Shown here piece after piece: positions 26,309 to 36,291 of a stretch of 64,000 nt of DNA. The translations under genes and the position numbers were made by a program. How positions within the stretch are numbered: the stretch's first letter is position 1; each line of letters opens with the position of its first letter. A model generated the notes under the pieces. It saw only the letters and a program-made list of their open reading frames with translations. It made no database searches and had not been told where the DNA came from. The DNA comes from a virus (taxonomy: Duplodnaviria > Heunggongvirae > Uroviricota > Caudoviricetes), in the IMG/VR virus record IMGVR_UViG_3300045972_000219. One strand, written 5' to 3'.

Positions 26309-26971
26309 ATGAAAACGACAGTATGGATGATCATTCTAATTATTATGATTGGACTGATGGGATGTAAGACTGAGGACAAGTTTTCAGGAAAGTACGGTTC
26401 TAGTGATGTCGCACTAACGATTGAGAAGAATGAGAATGTTAAAGATGAATACAAATTCACATTTTCAGGCAGTCCGATGTTTGGTGAGTTTGATGTACTT
26501 GTCAATGTGAAAACAGATGGAACTGCACATTACGTTATGAAAGATCATTACATAATTGACAGTGGAAAAGAGACTAAGAATAAATGTGAACTTGATATCA
26601 AGTTCTTCAATGACACAGTAACAATAAAAGAAGAGCCATGCGGTATATACACAGTTGATGGTGTATATAAAAAAGAAAACGTCCAATCATCAAATGCTCA
26701 GACAGCGAATACAGTTAAACCAGTAGCTAAAACAGAAGCTCCAAAGAGCACTGAAGTTGAACAGAAGATCATATTTCAAACCAACAGTATACAGTATGAT
26801 AAATCTGTATACAATCCAGCAGTAGAGTGTAACAGAGAGTGTAACAAAGTATCCGAAAAAGTAGTAGATTATACATCACAAGGATGGAAAGTAGTTTCTT
26901 CAGTACCACGTACGCAAGCAGTTGCTACATGGTGTAAATGTGACGGAGTTGAGTATATAGTATCGAAATGA
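26309..26971 (+). CDS. secreted lipoprotein (220 aa)
   Basis: Signal peptide with lipobox LMGC. RBS AAAAAGGAGAAACAAATG. Last gene of the plus-strand arm. Confidence 0.55.
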   Translation: MKTTVWMIILIIMIGLMGCKTEDKFSGKYGSSDVALTIEKNENVKDEYKFTFSGSPMFGEFDVLVNVKTDGTAHYVMKDHYIIDSGKETKNKCELDIKFFNDTVTIKEEPCGIYTVDGVYKKENVQSSNAQTANTVKPVAKTEAPKSTEVEQKIIFQTNSIQYDKSVYNPAVECNRECNKVSEKVVDYTSQGWKVVSSVPRTQAVATWCKCDGVEYIVSK

Positions 26972-26974
26972 AAA

Positions 26975-27017
26975 TAACCCTCATTCCTTAATTGGAATGA
27001 GGGTTATTTTTTTTTTA
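26975..27017. terminator. bidirectional intrinsic terminator at the convergence of the plus and minus arms
   Basis: ATAACCCTCATTCC-TTAATT-GGAATGAGGGTTAT is a 14-bp stem flanked by AAAA on the left and T9 on the right. The stop codon of minus-strand ORF 27015..27266 lies in the T-run. Confidence 0.7.
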
Positions 27018-27266
27018 GATTTTAGTATGACATCCCTTACACATTGTTGGACCAGATGTTTTAGCATGACATCCTTTACACTCTTTATGAGCATAATTCT
27101 TTCCAATACCATCAATTTTACCAACTCTTAGTATATGGCATGCGTTACATTTATTAGCTGTTGCGTGTGTTGTATGATTAAAACTAACATCTTTACCCAA
27201 CTTAATAATCTCTGATGCATATACTGATTGGCTAACGAGTACAATCATTAAAATTAAAATCTTCAT
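27015..27266 (-). CDS. triheme cytochrome c7-family protein (PpcA-like periplasmic c-type cytochrome)
   Basis: Signal peptide MKILILMIVLVSQSVYASE. Three CxxCH haem-binding motifs (CNACH, CKGCH, CKGCH) in a mature domain of about 66 aa. From memory, the motif spacing aligns with Geobacter PpcA (V.F.H..H...C..CH...GKI.G.GK..AH..CKGCH....GPT.C..CH.K). Confidence 0.7.
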   Translation of the reverse strand: MKILILMIVLVSQSVYASEIIKLGKDVSFNHTTHATANKCNACHILRVGKIDGIGKNYAHKECKGCHAKTSGPTMCKGCHTKI

Positions 27267-27436
27267 TGATATTCCTTCTATACCACAGGTGGGTATTTTT
27301 GTAATAGTGATTTATCTATGTGTATCTTACAAATAAAATGACGCTTACCAAAGGCAAACATTCTAACTAGGTCTTCTCTGGGTTTCATTTCATTACATTG
27401 GATGCATTTGAAGTGAGTCAATTTAGGCATAACAAA

Positions 27437-28138
27437 TTACCCCTTGATGTATCTAATAAAGCCTACTACTTGAAACGTCTTACCTATATCCAGTTTTCTA
27501 GTCCTTCGATAAACTCCGTCTCCTTCTCTTTGACTTCCTTTAGCTCCTGGACCTGTGTTACCTTCTATGTCGTCAAATTCATTTTTAGCTATTTGCCTTT
27601 CAATAGTTCCACCATGTCCAGCAAAATTACCAGTAGCTTCCCCATGTGCCCAAATAGCTATATCTCCTAAGGCTAAGTTTTCTATACCAAGAAATACTCT
27701 ATTGGCAGGAATAACTTTATATGCAAATGGATTCTTTTGGCAGGCTTTATATAATAGACTAGCTCTAGCTAACTTAGGAAATACATCTGGTTGCTTTGTT
27801 TTCTCTGCAGCTATATGATAATTATAGAGAGCAAAAGCCACACAGTACGGATTTCCTTTAGGAAGTCCTACATATCTAAGAAATGTTTCTACTTCTGGTC
27901 CATCGTTATTACCTGTTTTTTCTTGTGTTCCGATATATTTTCTAGCATTTCCAACTGCTATTTCTTGAAGAGTAGTAACTCTTTTAGGTTCTTCTTTTTT
28001 AACTATAGCAGTTGGTATATGACAGTCAATACATTTAGCTATTGACAGTGATGGAAATAGAGCAAGCGAGAATAAACATACCAAGATATACTGCAGCGGC
28101 AATATTCCCTTCAACAAAGATCTCTCTAAGAACGTCAT
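27437..28138 (-). CDS. secreted CHAP/NlpC-P60-like cysteine peptidase (putative cell-wall hydrolase or endolysin) with N-terminal CxxCH motif
   Basis: N-terminal hydrophobic signal or anchor, then KCIDCH (CxxCH). Catalytic-type Cys in GNPYCVAFALYNYH and His in AIWAHGEATGNFAGHGGTIE at CHAP-like spacing. Confidence 0.5.
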   Translation of the reverse strand: MTFLERSLLKGILPLQYILVCLFSLALFPSLSIAKCIDCHIPTAIVKKEEPKRVTTLQEIAVGNARKYIGTQEKTGNNDGPEVETFLRYVGLPKGNPYCVAFALYNYHIAAEKTKQPDVFPKLARASLLYKACQKNPFAYKVIPANRVFLGIENLALGDIAIWAHGEATGNFAGHGGTIERQIAKNEFDDIEGNTGPGAKGSQREGDGVYRRTRKLDIGKTFQVVGFIRYIKG

Positions 28139-28430
28139 ATTTAGTACCCCTAGTGAATTTAATTATAGCAAATGAGGCAATAACTAAAAGTGTTAAATTA
28201 ATAAATTTAGTTGTAACAATTTGAAGATTACTACCAGACAATACTTGAGCAAAATAACCTAACACTCCAGCTATAATAATTGTAATAATAACTAAATATT
28301 TCTCATCAAATCCAATACGTTTTAACTTACTCATCTTTTTCTCTGGCTCTGGTGTAGTTTCAAATCCTACTGTTTTTTCTTCACTCATCTTTTTCTCCTT
28401 ATTTAAGTGGGATAATAACCTTATCGACAT
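28035..28430 (-). CDS. membrane protein (131 aa, 3 TM), possible holin-like partner of the downstream peptidase
   Basis: Three hydrophobic helices. Located immediately upstream of the peptidase gene in the transcription direction. Confidence 0.45.
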   Translation of the reverse strand: MSIRLLSHLNKEKKMSEEKTVGFETTPEPEKKMSKLKRIGFDEKYLVIITIIIAGVLGYFAQVLSGSNLQIVTTKFINLTLLVIASFAIIKFTRGTKYDVLREIFVEGNIAAAVYLGMFILACSISITVNS

Positions 28431-29730
28431 CGATTTTAGTTACTTTAATAGTCATGTCATGACGTTTCTTTAGGTTAGCATTGAGTAATGATGCAGATAG
28501 TCTTGAACAAAGTAGACCTACATTATCGATTCCCATTCTATAGTACAATTCACCTGCACATTTACTACAAATATGCTCTGTTGTACAATATAGGGGTGAT
28601 CGTAACATAACTGTTTTATCTACGTATTTGGGTAGATTCTCAGCATCTAGCAATACTAGTTTATTCTTATCTACTACATATCGTAGATAATAGTCTTTTT
28701 TGTTCTTGTCTGTGATTTTAGCAGTGTAACCTTTTTTAGTCTTACAATCTGTGCCAGGTTTATCAAGAACAACAGACTGGAAGGAAGCATTCATCTTCTT
28801 TGTTTCATAACCACCTATCTGAGTACCTACAGCAGATGAGAATGAGGCAGTAGTAATCATATCAGCATAGATATCAGTCTCATCTTTTTGAATACCTTCA
28901 GTTAAGTTACTTGTAGATAACTGAAGATTGTTTTCATCATCAGATTTTTGAGACATACCACGCATAATAGCTACGTTCTTATAGGTATTTTCGTATGATC
29001 CACCCTTATAACCAGAGTCATATAGATCAAGACCACCAGCATCAGTCCTATCTAGTTCAGTTCTAGCTAAATCAAGAAGTTCTTTTTCGATCTTCTGAAC
29101 TGTAGATGCATCTAGTTTACCTACATATTTCTTTAATAGTTCTTCTTTTCTTTTCTTTACAGCTGGAAAAGAGAGAATACTATTATAGTCATATGAACCT
29201 GAAGTGAATGCAACAGTGCCATAACTAATCCAAGCTATACGATCTAAATGATTAATAAATTCTTCAGATGTTATCTTTTCCTCTAATAGGAGAACTGATA
29301 AATCACTATTTAATTTACCTAGAGTACTACTATTGAATGGAGAATTATAGTACGGCATTTTAGATCTAATATTTTCACTTCCACCTAATACAAATAGATT
29401 TATTATATATCTACCAACAGTAGTTAATACTTCACCATTAAATCCTAAAGCCCATGCAGGAGTTAGATTAGGTTTAGGATTACCTGATTTAGTTACTACT
29501 TCTTTACTAAAAGAAAACTCAGCATGAGATTCTATACGTGGTGGTTCATCTTTTTTATTAGCTACATTTGTCTTAAGCCAGTCCATAGTAATGTCATCTG
29601 GCTGAAGGCTTAGAAGTTCGTTTACGAGGGTTGGACTTAATTTGCTTCTCTTTAACATCACTACTCCTTTCTTGAAAGACAAATAGAAATGCAAGACCAG
29701 CCACAGATAGAAAGTGGGTAGCAAATCCAA
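28399..29730 (-). CDS. hypothetical protein (about 420-443 aa) with C-terminal Cys cluster
   Basis: Track ORF begins with a non-ATG start. The likelier start is the internal ATG near 29657 (MLKRSKLS...). The C-terminus has CTTEHICSKCAG...C. Confidence 0.55.
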   Translation of the reverse strand: MDLLPTFYLWLVLHFYLSFKKGVVMLKRSKLSPTLVNELLSLQPDDITMDWLKTNVANKKDEPPRIESHAEFSFSKEVVTKSGNPKPNLTPAWALGFNGEVLTTVGRYIINLFVLGGSENIRSKMPYYNSPFNSSTLGKLNSDLSVLLLEEKITSEEFINHLDRIAWISYGTVAFTSGSYDYNSILSFPAVKKRKEELLKKYVGKLDASTVQKIEKELLDLARTELDRTDAGGLDLYDSGYKGGSYENTYKNVAIMRGMSQKSDDENNLQLSTSNLTEGIQKDETDIYADMITTASFSSAVGTQIGGYETKKMNASFQSVVLDKPGTDCKTKKGYTAKITDKNKKDYYLRYVVDKNKLVLLDAENLPKYVDKTVMLRSPLYCTTEHICSKCAGELYYRMGIDNVGLLCSRLSASLLNANLKKRHDMTIKVTKIDVDKVIIPLK

Positions 29731-29947
29731 GTGTCACTGCATCAAGAATAAATGCAAATATTGTTGCAGTAATTCCAAAGCATAATCTACATCGTATCCA
29801 ATGCTTATAATCTGGACATTCAACATTAGGATGAAGAAAAGGTGTTTTTCTTTCGATCCACACCCTTGCATTTTCAAATAATGATCCATCAACAATTATC
29901 TTACAAATTATATAGCTTGCAAGCGCTAATTCAATAAGGTGCAACAT
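29594..29947 (-). CDS. membrane protein (117 aa)
   Basis: 3 hydrophobic helices. The 3' end overlaps the 5' extension of the next track ORF. Confidence 0.4.
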   Translation of the reverse strand: MLHLIELALASYIICKIIVDGSLFENARVWIERKTPFLHPNVECPDYKHWIRCRLCFGITATIFAFILDAVTLGFATHFLSVAGLAFLFVFQERSSDVKEKQIKSNPRKRTSKPSAR

Positions 29948-29956
29948 AAGAAGTCC

Positions 29957-30850
29957 TTATGCATAAATGTAATATTCAATAATCAAGCTTTTATTTGCTC
30001 CTGCTTTAGTCAAATCCATACCAAGAGGCTCAGAAGGAAAAGTAATTCTTGAGAACATTTCAAGATTGATATAGTGTTTATCAGCTGAAATAGTTTTACC
30101 AGTACTATCAAGAACTGGTATACCGTCTGCATCAGTCTCAACAAGTGATTCTTCAGCAAAGAATAGTGCAAGCTCATTGACATACGGTACATAATTAGCT
30201 AGATAGCTAGTATTAGTTTTGTTTTCTTCAATCATACTAGCTGTAGGAGCAAATCTTAAGTCACGGTCACTAATTCTTAATGTAAGAAGACGATAAATGA
30301 TAGGATCATCTTCATCCTTTTTAAGACTCCATTTACCATTAAGATTATACTCATCTGCATCAGTTGCACACTGACCCTGTGTCTCAAATTCCTTATAGTA
30401 ATACTCTTCAGAAGTACCTACTACTTTCTTTCCATAGTATTTACCTAACTCACTAGGACTGAATGTAGTAGCATTTTTAGTTGCAATACTAGTATTATCA
30501 ATAACTCTAAATGGCACTGGACTGGTAAGACCCATTTCAAGATTAGCTACATCAATTGGAACGAATGGAACACCATTAGGTGTACCACCTTGACCAATTT
30601 GAAAAAGACAAACTCGTCTATTAAGGTTATTACGATATACTTGAGTATTTAAATCAGTATCATTGATACCTACATTAAATAACTTTTCAAGTAAGAATGT
30701 TCTTCCTCTTAATACAATCAAGTTATCTTTAGAACAAAGAACTTCACCAGTCTGTTCATCTTTAATAACAACTCTGCCACCAATGGAAATACCAAAACGA
30801 TCTTTTGATAAGATTCCATCAGCTAGTTTTAATGTTTTTACATCTTCCAT
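29957..30850 (-). CDS. hypothetical protein (297 aa)
   Basis: ORF track; possibly structural; no motif. Confidence 0.55.
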   Translation of the reverse strand: MEDVKTLKLADGILSKDRFGISIGGRVVIKDEQTGEVLCSKDNLIVLRGRTFLLEKLFNVGINDTDLNTQVYRNNLNRRVCLFQIGQGGTPNGVPFVPIDVANLEMGLTSPVPFRVIDNTSIATKNATTFSPSELGKYYGKKVVGTSEEYYYKEFETQGQCATDADEYNLNGKWSLKKDEDDPIIYRLLTLRISDRDLRFAPTASMIEENKTNTSYLANYVPYVNELALFFAEESLVETDADGIPVLDSTGKTISADKHYINLEMFSRITFPSEPLGMDLTKAGANKSLIIEYYIYA

Positions 30851-30860
30851 AAACAGTCTC

Positions 30861-33362
30861 CTAAATATCTATTACTAGAGGATTGATACATACATTATAT
30901 TTTCTTTGTATTAAAATAGTTTCATTATTCCCAATGTGGAAATATGAATCTAATACAGTTCTACCATTTTTCCTAGAGTTTTTATATTGAGCTTCTACGT
31001 CTTCAAATTTACATCTCTGGATGGATTCATTTATGCGAAATTTGGAAGTTATACGAGAATCATCATAAATTTCAATATACTCTTTCCAAGAGAACTTAGT
31101 GAAGAATTTATCGTCATCTATTGTCTTAGCCATATCATCTACTACATAGTAAAACTCTAATGTCTTCAAATCAACAGTATATGCTTTGAAGTAGTTAATC
31201 ATTTTACGTATGTACTCTATAATATATTCAGTACCTATTACATTCAATTTTAATGATGTACTAGATATAAATGATTCAATGGCATGAATAATAGTTTCCA
31301 TAGCTCTTCTAAGATAGAGTTCACCAGTTAATAAATCTTTATCCTGCTGTTTAGCATTATTAATGAATGCTAATAATTGAGGAGATTTAGCTTGTAGATA
31401 ACTAGTTAAAGTAGTATGCCCCTCATATATATCTGTAGTAGGACTACCTTTTGATTTAAAGAGACTTTCATAATCTTTCTTAAAAGAAGCATATGATTCA
31501 TAGTGAGTTGTCAATTTTATAGCTTTCTCTAAAACAAGCCTTAATGTAGTGTTACCATCATATTTAGATGCAACTTCACTAGATTCAACTGGATTGGACG
31601 TTGGATTATTTGGGCTTGCTTTTTCCCATATAAATCCATCCATATTAATCTTACTAGTTACATTCATATTGTAATCATGAATCATTTCAGCTGTCTTAGG
31701 AAACATCGCAGCTAATTCGTCATTAGTCTTATTCCAAGTGGTATCTAGATTAAAACTATGAAGCTTATCACTAATTGGAATAACTTTATCTTGGAATCCT
31801 AGTAGACTACAAGATATTAGATGAATTGCAACAAACGAATCTAATAGATTAATTGACTGACCAGCTATTTCAGATGCAGTAAATGATAAATTAGTTGAAG
31901 ATACATGCTTCTTTATCCAGCATAACATTGTATATAGATAAGATGTACTAACGCTTAGATCAGTTAAATCTATTGCTGCACTAACTGAAATGTATTTAGT
32001 TTGAATAGCACTAAAATTCTGTTTTAATGCATCTTCTCTAGTTGCCATCCAAGTATCATCAGGAGCAATAGCTACATCATAGTCTTCAATACTAGCAATC
32101 CAACTATCCATATTATTAGTGATAAATGAATCTAAATCACTAGCATTATATGGTACCCTATTAAACTGAAGAACTTCAGTAGGATTTCTTTTTAGTTCAT
32201 TCTTACCAGTCTCTTTATTATATTGAGTGTACAAACCTTGTGATCTAGTCAAATAATGGGAGTAGACATTGATATTATCAAATCCAAATATATTTAATAT
32301 AGTTGAAAAGATTTTATCTGTACCTTTATACCTAAATAGGTCATTCAAGTTCTTAAGGATTTTCTTTTGGATGGATATGTGAAGATCATCTAAGAAGTCA
32401 ATATTTAGTGAATAGAGAAGGTTTCTTACTCCCCACTCATCTAACGTATCAACATCAAACAGTGTCTCCATCTTATCATTGAGCATGTTCTGAATAGTCA
32501 TAAATGTCACAAACATTCTTGCAAATTTACGATACATTCCAGACCAAGCAAGACCATAAGTAAATAGAACTCGTTTAAAATAAACAAGGTTCTTTATATA
32601 ATACTTTTGGAATTGAATGATTTCATTTTCAGATAAATAATTACTAGACATCTTAAGTATTTCAAAGTCTTCAGCATATCTAGCTCTATACATGTCTACT
32701 TCATATTGTCCATGAAGATTGAGATAGTAATCATTTAACTCATGAACAGTTCCTACAGTATAGATAGTCATACTATAATCTGAGCCAATAGGAATTATCT
32801 TACTAACCCAATTAATTACTACTCTATTATATTCATTGACAAGTTTGTAATGTTCAGGTGGAATTATTTGAGTAGATTTATTAGCTTTAATTATTACACA
32901 TTTACTAAAGTTTGGTATCATATTTGCTACTTTTAAATTCATTACATCATAAGTATCATTACTACGATTAATGGTTAATGATGCAGGAACAGCTATAGCG
33001 TCTAATCTGGTTAATATATCAGATGCTATAGGATTAAGTTCTATATATGTACTAGTACTATTTACATTATCCAGATACTTTGCTTTAGTTGTACCTTCAA
33101 ATTCAGCAGCAAACTTAAGGTCTGCAGCAGGATCATAAGTGTTAACATAATCTACTGGTGGATCTTCTAACGCACTACCTAGCAGAATCCTACGTCTTGC
33201 TTCAAGATAAGCAGACGAGACTGAGATTGTTTTCTCAGTCTCGTATTTTTCTGCTTCTAATGTATCTTTTATGATAAGCTCTTTAGAAAAATTCACTAAC
33301 TTAGTAAATTCATTAATTGAATTTTTTTCAAGAGTAGACAATACTTCATTAGTGGTTGCCAT
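30861..33362 (-). CDS. large hypothetical protein (833 aa)
   Basis: Long intact ORF; no recognisable catalytic motif. Confidence 0.6.
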   Translation of the reverse strand: MATTNEVLSTLEKNSINEFTKLVNFSKELIIKDTLEAEKYETEKTISVSSAYLEARRRILLGSALEDPPVDYVNTYDPAADLKFAAEFEGTTKAKYLDNVNSTSTYIELNPIASDILTRLDAIAVPASLTINRSNDTYDVMNLKVANMIPNFSKCVIIKANKSTQIIPPEHYKLVNEYNRVVINWVSKIIPIGSDYSMTIYTVGTVHELNDYYLNLHGQYEVDMYRARYAEDFEILKMSSNYLSENEIIQFQKYYIKNLVYFKRVLFTYGLAWSGMYRKFARMFVTFMTIQNMLNDKMETLFDVDTLDEWGVRNLLYSLNIDFLDDLHISIQKKILKNLNDLFRYKGTDKIFSTILNIFGFDNINVYSHYLTRSQGLYTQYNKETGKNELKRNPTEVLQFNRVPYNASDLDSFITNNMDSWIASIEDYDVAIAPDDTWMATREDALKQNFSAIQTKYISVSAAIDLTDLSVSTSYLYTMLCWIKKHVSSTNLSFTASEIAGQSINLLDSFVAIHLISCSLLGFQDKVIPISDKLHSFNLDTTWNKTNDELAAMFPKTAEMIHDYNMNVTSKINMDGFIWEKASPNNPTSNPVESSEVASKYDGNTTLRLVLEKAIKLTTHYESYASFKKDYESLFKSKGSPTTDIYEGHTTLTSYLQAKSPQLLAFINNAKQQDKDLLTGELYLRRAMETIIHAIESFISSTSLKLNVIGTEYIIEYIRKMINYFKAYTVDLKTLEFYYVVDDMAKTIDDDKFFTKFSWKEYIEIYDDSRITSKFRINESIQRCKFEDVEAQYKNSRKNGRTVLDSYFHIGNNETILIQRKYNVCINPLVIDI

Positions 33363-33372
33363 ATGGTCACCT

Positions 33373-34224
33373 TTACTCTATTTTATACGATCTAATAAGT
33401 TGTTTCTGTCTACGTTTTATTAACCATGTAACAACTGATATGAAACCACCACTTCCTAAAATCCCCATTATTTTATCAAAGTTCTTAGCAGACCATAACA
33501 TCATACTATACCAAGGGCTAGAGTCAACTATTACTTCTTTACGAGATATTGGTATAACTTTAGGAATACTCTTAAATACCATAGATGCTTCTACAGTAAT
33601 AACACGTTTACCTGATCTAATAGGTGTTACATCAAAAGACCATATAGACTTACCGAATCTAGCATCTACCTTTTGTATTTCAGCAGATCTGTTATCTACA
33701 ATAAAGTCTTTCTTGTCATATTTTAATTCAACTTTCATGTCGCTACTAACAGGTAGTTCTGTACTCTTTGTACTTTTATCTTTGATGTCATTAGTGATCT
33801 TTACTGTAACTACAACTTTATCACCAACTTTCATCTTAGCTGGAATGTCGTCTTCTATATTTCCTAAACGAACTTCCTCATAATCTCTATCTTTAGTAAT
33901 TACTTTAACTGGTTTATAGACTTTAGGTATAATAGGTTGCGCCACTTGGACACTTACTGGAGTAGGAACAGACTCCTCAGTTCTAGGCGCATAACGTGGC
34001 ATAGATGTAGTTGGATGACCTTTTGGTTTGAATATAGGGTCATAAGTCTGTTTCTCATGAACGATAGGCTTCATCTGAGTTGCAGGTTCTTTTATATCTT
34101 TTGTTTCAAATTTATACATATCTAGTTGTGGATCAGCCTTACTCTTACATGATGCACAACCAGTACTAATTAATACTATAATTAAAAGAGCAAAATATCT
34201 CATTAGTTTCTTCATGATCCGCAT
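33373..34224 (-). CDS. lipoprotein with C-terminal membrane anchor (283 aa)
   Basis: Signal peptide with lipobox ISTGC. C-terminal hydrophobic helix followed by basic residues. Confidence 0.55.
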   Translation of the reverse strand: MRIMKKLMRYFALLIIVLISTGCASCKSKADPQLDMYKFETKDIKEPATQMKPIVHEKQTYDPIFKPKGHPTTSMPRYAPRTEESVPTPVSVQVAQPIIPKVYKPVKVITKDRDYEEVRLGNIEDDIPAKMKVGDKVVVTVKITNDIKDKSTKSTELPVSSDMKVELKYDKKDFIVDNRSAEIQKVDARFGKSIWSFDVTPIRSGKRVITVEASMVFKSIPKVIPISRKEVIVDSSPWYSMMLWSAKNFDKIMGILGSGGFISVVTWLIKRRQKQLIRSYKIE

Positions 34225-35378
34225 CTCCCAATCTGAATGATTAATGCAATGTATGTGAATAGTGCTCTACGATATGAAATCTTTGTAGCTTCTCTCTGCG
34301 TCTCCTGAAAGCGAGGGCAATTATCAGCCAGCATACGACTAAGGTTATTTTTGATAAGAATGATATTCTTATCTGTGATATTAGAACGAGCATATATCGA
34401 AAGAACAAATGGTAAGTACATTTGAGTACATACAATCTTGAACTCAGGGTCATGCTTCTCAGAGATAAGTAATTCTAAGATAGACACCATAATATGCTCT
34501 ACCCCTTCATCTCCCTTCTTTCTGAGAATTTCTAGAGCAGAACGCAGCATACCAGTAGATATTTCATTACCTCTAGCTGCAATATTTATTAGACGCTCAT
34601 CTGGTGCTGTAGAGAGAAAATGCATAAATGCACCTCTAGCTACATTATAAACAGCACCTGAATCTGATCCACGTTCAGGTCTATAATTATCTTCTTCACC
34701 TTCATTGGATGTATCATCCACATTCATATATAGTTTTTTATCATTAATGTCATAGTATTGTCTTGCATAGTTTACTACAAAAGAGTTTGTTCTACTCCAC
34801 ATATTTACAGAGTACTTTAAGATCTGTTCATCATCATTAGATGTCAGATCTTTAATATATCCAGCATGGCAGTTTTCAGCCATTTTTTCTAAGGCGGAGT
34901 TCAATGAACCTAAACGTTTTAAGTCATTCTTTAATGATAGTTGGTTGACCATGTAATCCATTACTTCTTTTTTAGTACCGTGAGGAAACTGTCTTTTATG
35001 TAACATAGAGTAGTGACGGTATACAATAACCATATATACAATCCTAGTAGCTAGTTCATTCTTTTCTTTAAGAAAGAATCTAACCACTAGGGACATTGCA
35101 AGTATGTATTCACTATTTAATACTTTCCATGCAGAATTAACTGATGGAATTCTTTTCATTGTGTTTTTTATGTCATCTCTAGTTACACCTATAGATTCCA
35201 TCATTTCATCTTCTAATGACACTGGAAAATAAGGACGCTCTTCCAGAGTATTAGCAGTAATAATAGACGTATTTGAATCAAACCACCCTTTACAAAGATC
35301 AAGTAGTCTTTTTTTATGTATAGGATTAGACATGTTTGTATCTATTTTTTTATATAATATAACTAGTTCAGATGACAT
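34212..35378 (-). CDS. hypothetical protein (388 aa)
   Basis: ORF track. Confidence 0.55.
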   Translation of the reverse strand: MSSELVILYKKIDTNMSNPIHKKRLLDLCKGWFDSNTSIITANTLEERPYFPVSLEDEMMESIGVTRDDIKNTMKRIPSVNSAWKVLNSEYILAMSLVVRFFLKEKNELATRIVYMVIVYRHYSMLHKRQFPHGTKKEVMDYMVNQLSLKNDLKRLGSLNSALEKMAENCHAGYIKDLTSNDDEQILKYSVNMWSRTNSFVVNYARQYYDINDKKLYMNVDDTSNEGEEDNYRPERGSDSGAVYNVARGAFMHFLSTAPDERLINIAARGNEISTGMLRSALEILRKKGDEGVEHIMVSILELLISEKHDPEFKIVCTQMYLPFVLSIYARSNITDKNIILIKNNLSRMLADNCPRFQETQREATKISYRRALFTYIALIIQIGRCGS

Positions 35379-35381
35379 AAT

Positions 35382-35741
35382 TTACTCCAAATTATTTTCA
35401 GATTTATACTGAGAAAGAGCATCATTATATTTATTACACTCTGGAAATTTATTAACTAGCATCTGTAGTGACTCGATAATCATTTGAGTAGTAGATTCAT
35501 TCTTTATTCCCCTACCAATAATAGTATAACTAAACCCACTTATAATATCTTGAGATGATAACGATTCATTCCTATGAATTTCATCTAATTCAGAATCATT
35601 AGGAAGTCTATATGTGGTTCTTTCAAATATAGATACACCTTCATCTAATTTATCTTTTTCAGCTACATCTAAATTTAGACTAGGTTCGTCTAGTACAGTA
35701 CTACGTAATCCATTTTTTTCTAAGAAATCTTGAATAGCCAT
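35382..35741 (-). CDS. hypothetical protein (119 aa)
   Basis: RBS AAAGGAGAATTAAAATG on the minus strand. Confidence 0.5.
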   Translation of the reverse strand: MAIQDFLEKNGLRSTVLDEPSLNLDVAEKDKLDEGVSIFERTTYRLPNDSELDEIHRNESLSSQDIISGFSYTIIGRGIKNESTTQMIIESLQMLVNKFPECNKYNDALSQYKSENNLE

Positions 35742-35797
35742 TTTAATTCTCCTTTTTATGTTTTTATTATATTATTATTATGTTCTTGTATAATCTG

Positions 35798-36172
35798 TTA
35801 GCCTGTAGCTTTAGAGACAGCTTTAGCCCATTTTTTACAATCTTCTTCAGTTTTACAAACATCACCTTTTTTAATACCATCAGTGCCTATTAAAATATGG
35901 TCATTAATATTGATTTTATCACCTATTTTAAAGCCGCATATCGCCCGATGACTCCATCCATACCACTTTTTAGATTCAGATGAATAACCTATACTACCTG
36001 ATTCAAACTTATCTATTTTAAACTTTTTAGCTAGACGTTCTTTGTGACTATCTTTAGATTTACCTTTATTTTTCTTTCCTTCTAATAAAAAATCTTCTTT
36101 AAGGCATATTTCTTGAATAATATCAAATTCTTCTAATAATTCTTCTGTTAAGAATAAACAGTGTTCTCTCAT
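35798..36172 (-). CDS. hypothetical protein (124 aa)
   Basis: RBS AAAAGGAGTAAATCC...ATG on the minus strand. First gene of a minus-strand unit. Divergent from the plus-strand island at 36292. Confidence 0.5.
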   Translation of the reverse strand: MREHCLFLTEELLEEFDIIQEICLKEDFLLEGKKNKGKSKDSHKERLAKKFKIDKFESGSIGYSSESKKWYGWSHRAICGFKIGDKININDHILIGTDGIKKGDVCKTEEDCKKWAKAVSKATG

Positions 36173-36291
36173 TGGATTTACTCCTTTTAGTTTTTAGTTA
36201 ATATAATAATTTATTATGTCTCTACCGTATTTTATATAAGTGAAATGTCATATTATTTAAATAAGAAATAAACTAATTAAAGGAGAATATC

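Noticed and set aside
28399-35378. Large minus-strand ORFs (443, 833 and 388 aa) as split multisubunit RNA polymerase or virion RNAP subunits
   Set aside because: No NADFDGD, GDK..RHGNKG or T7-like motifs are found. The function stays hypothetical.
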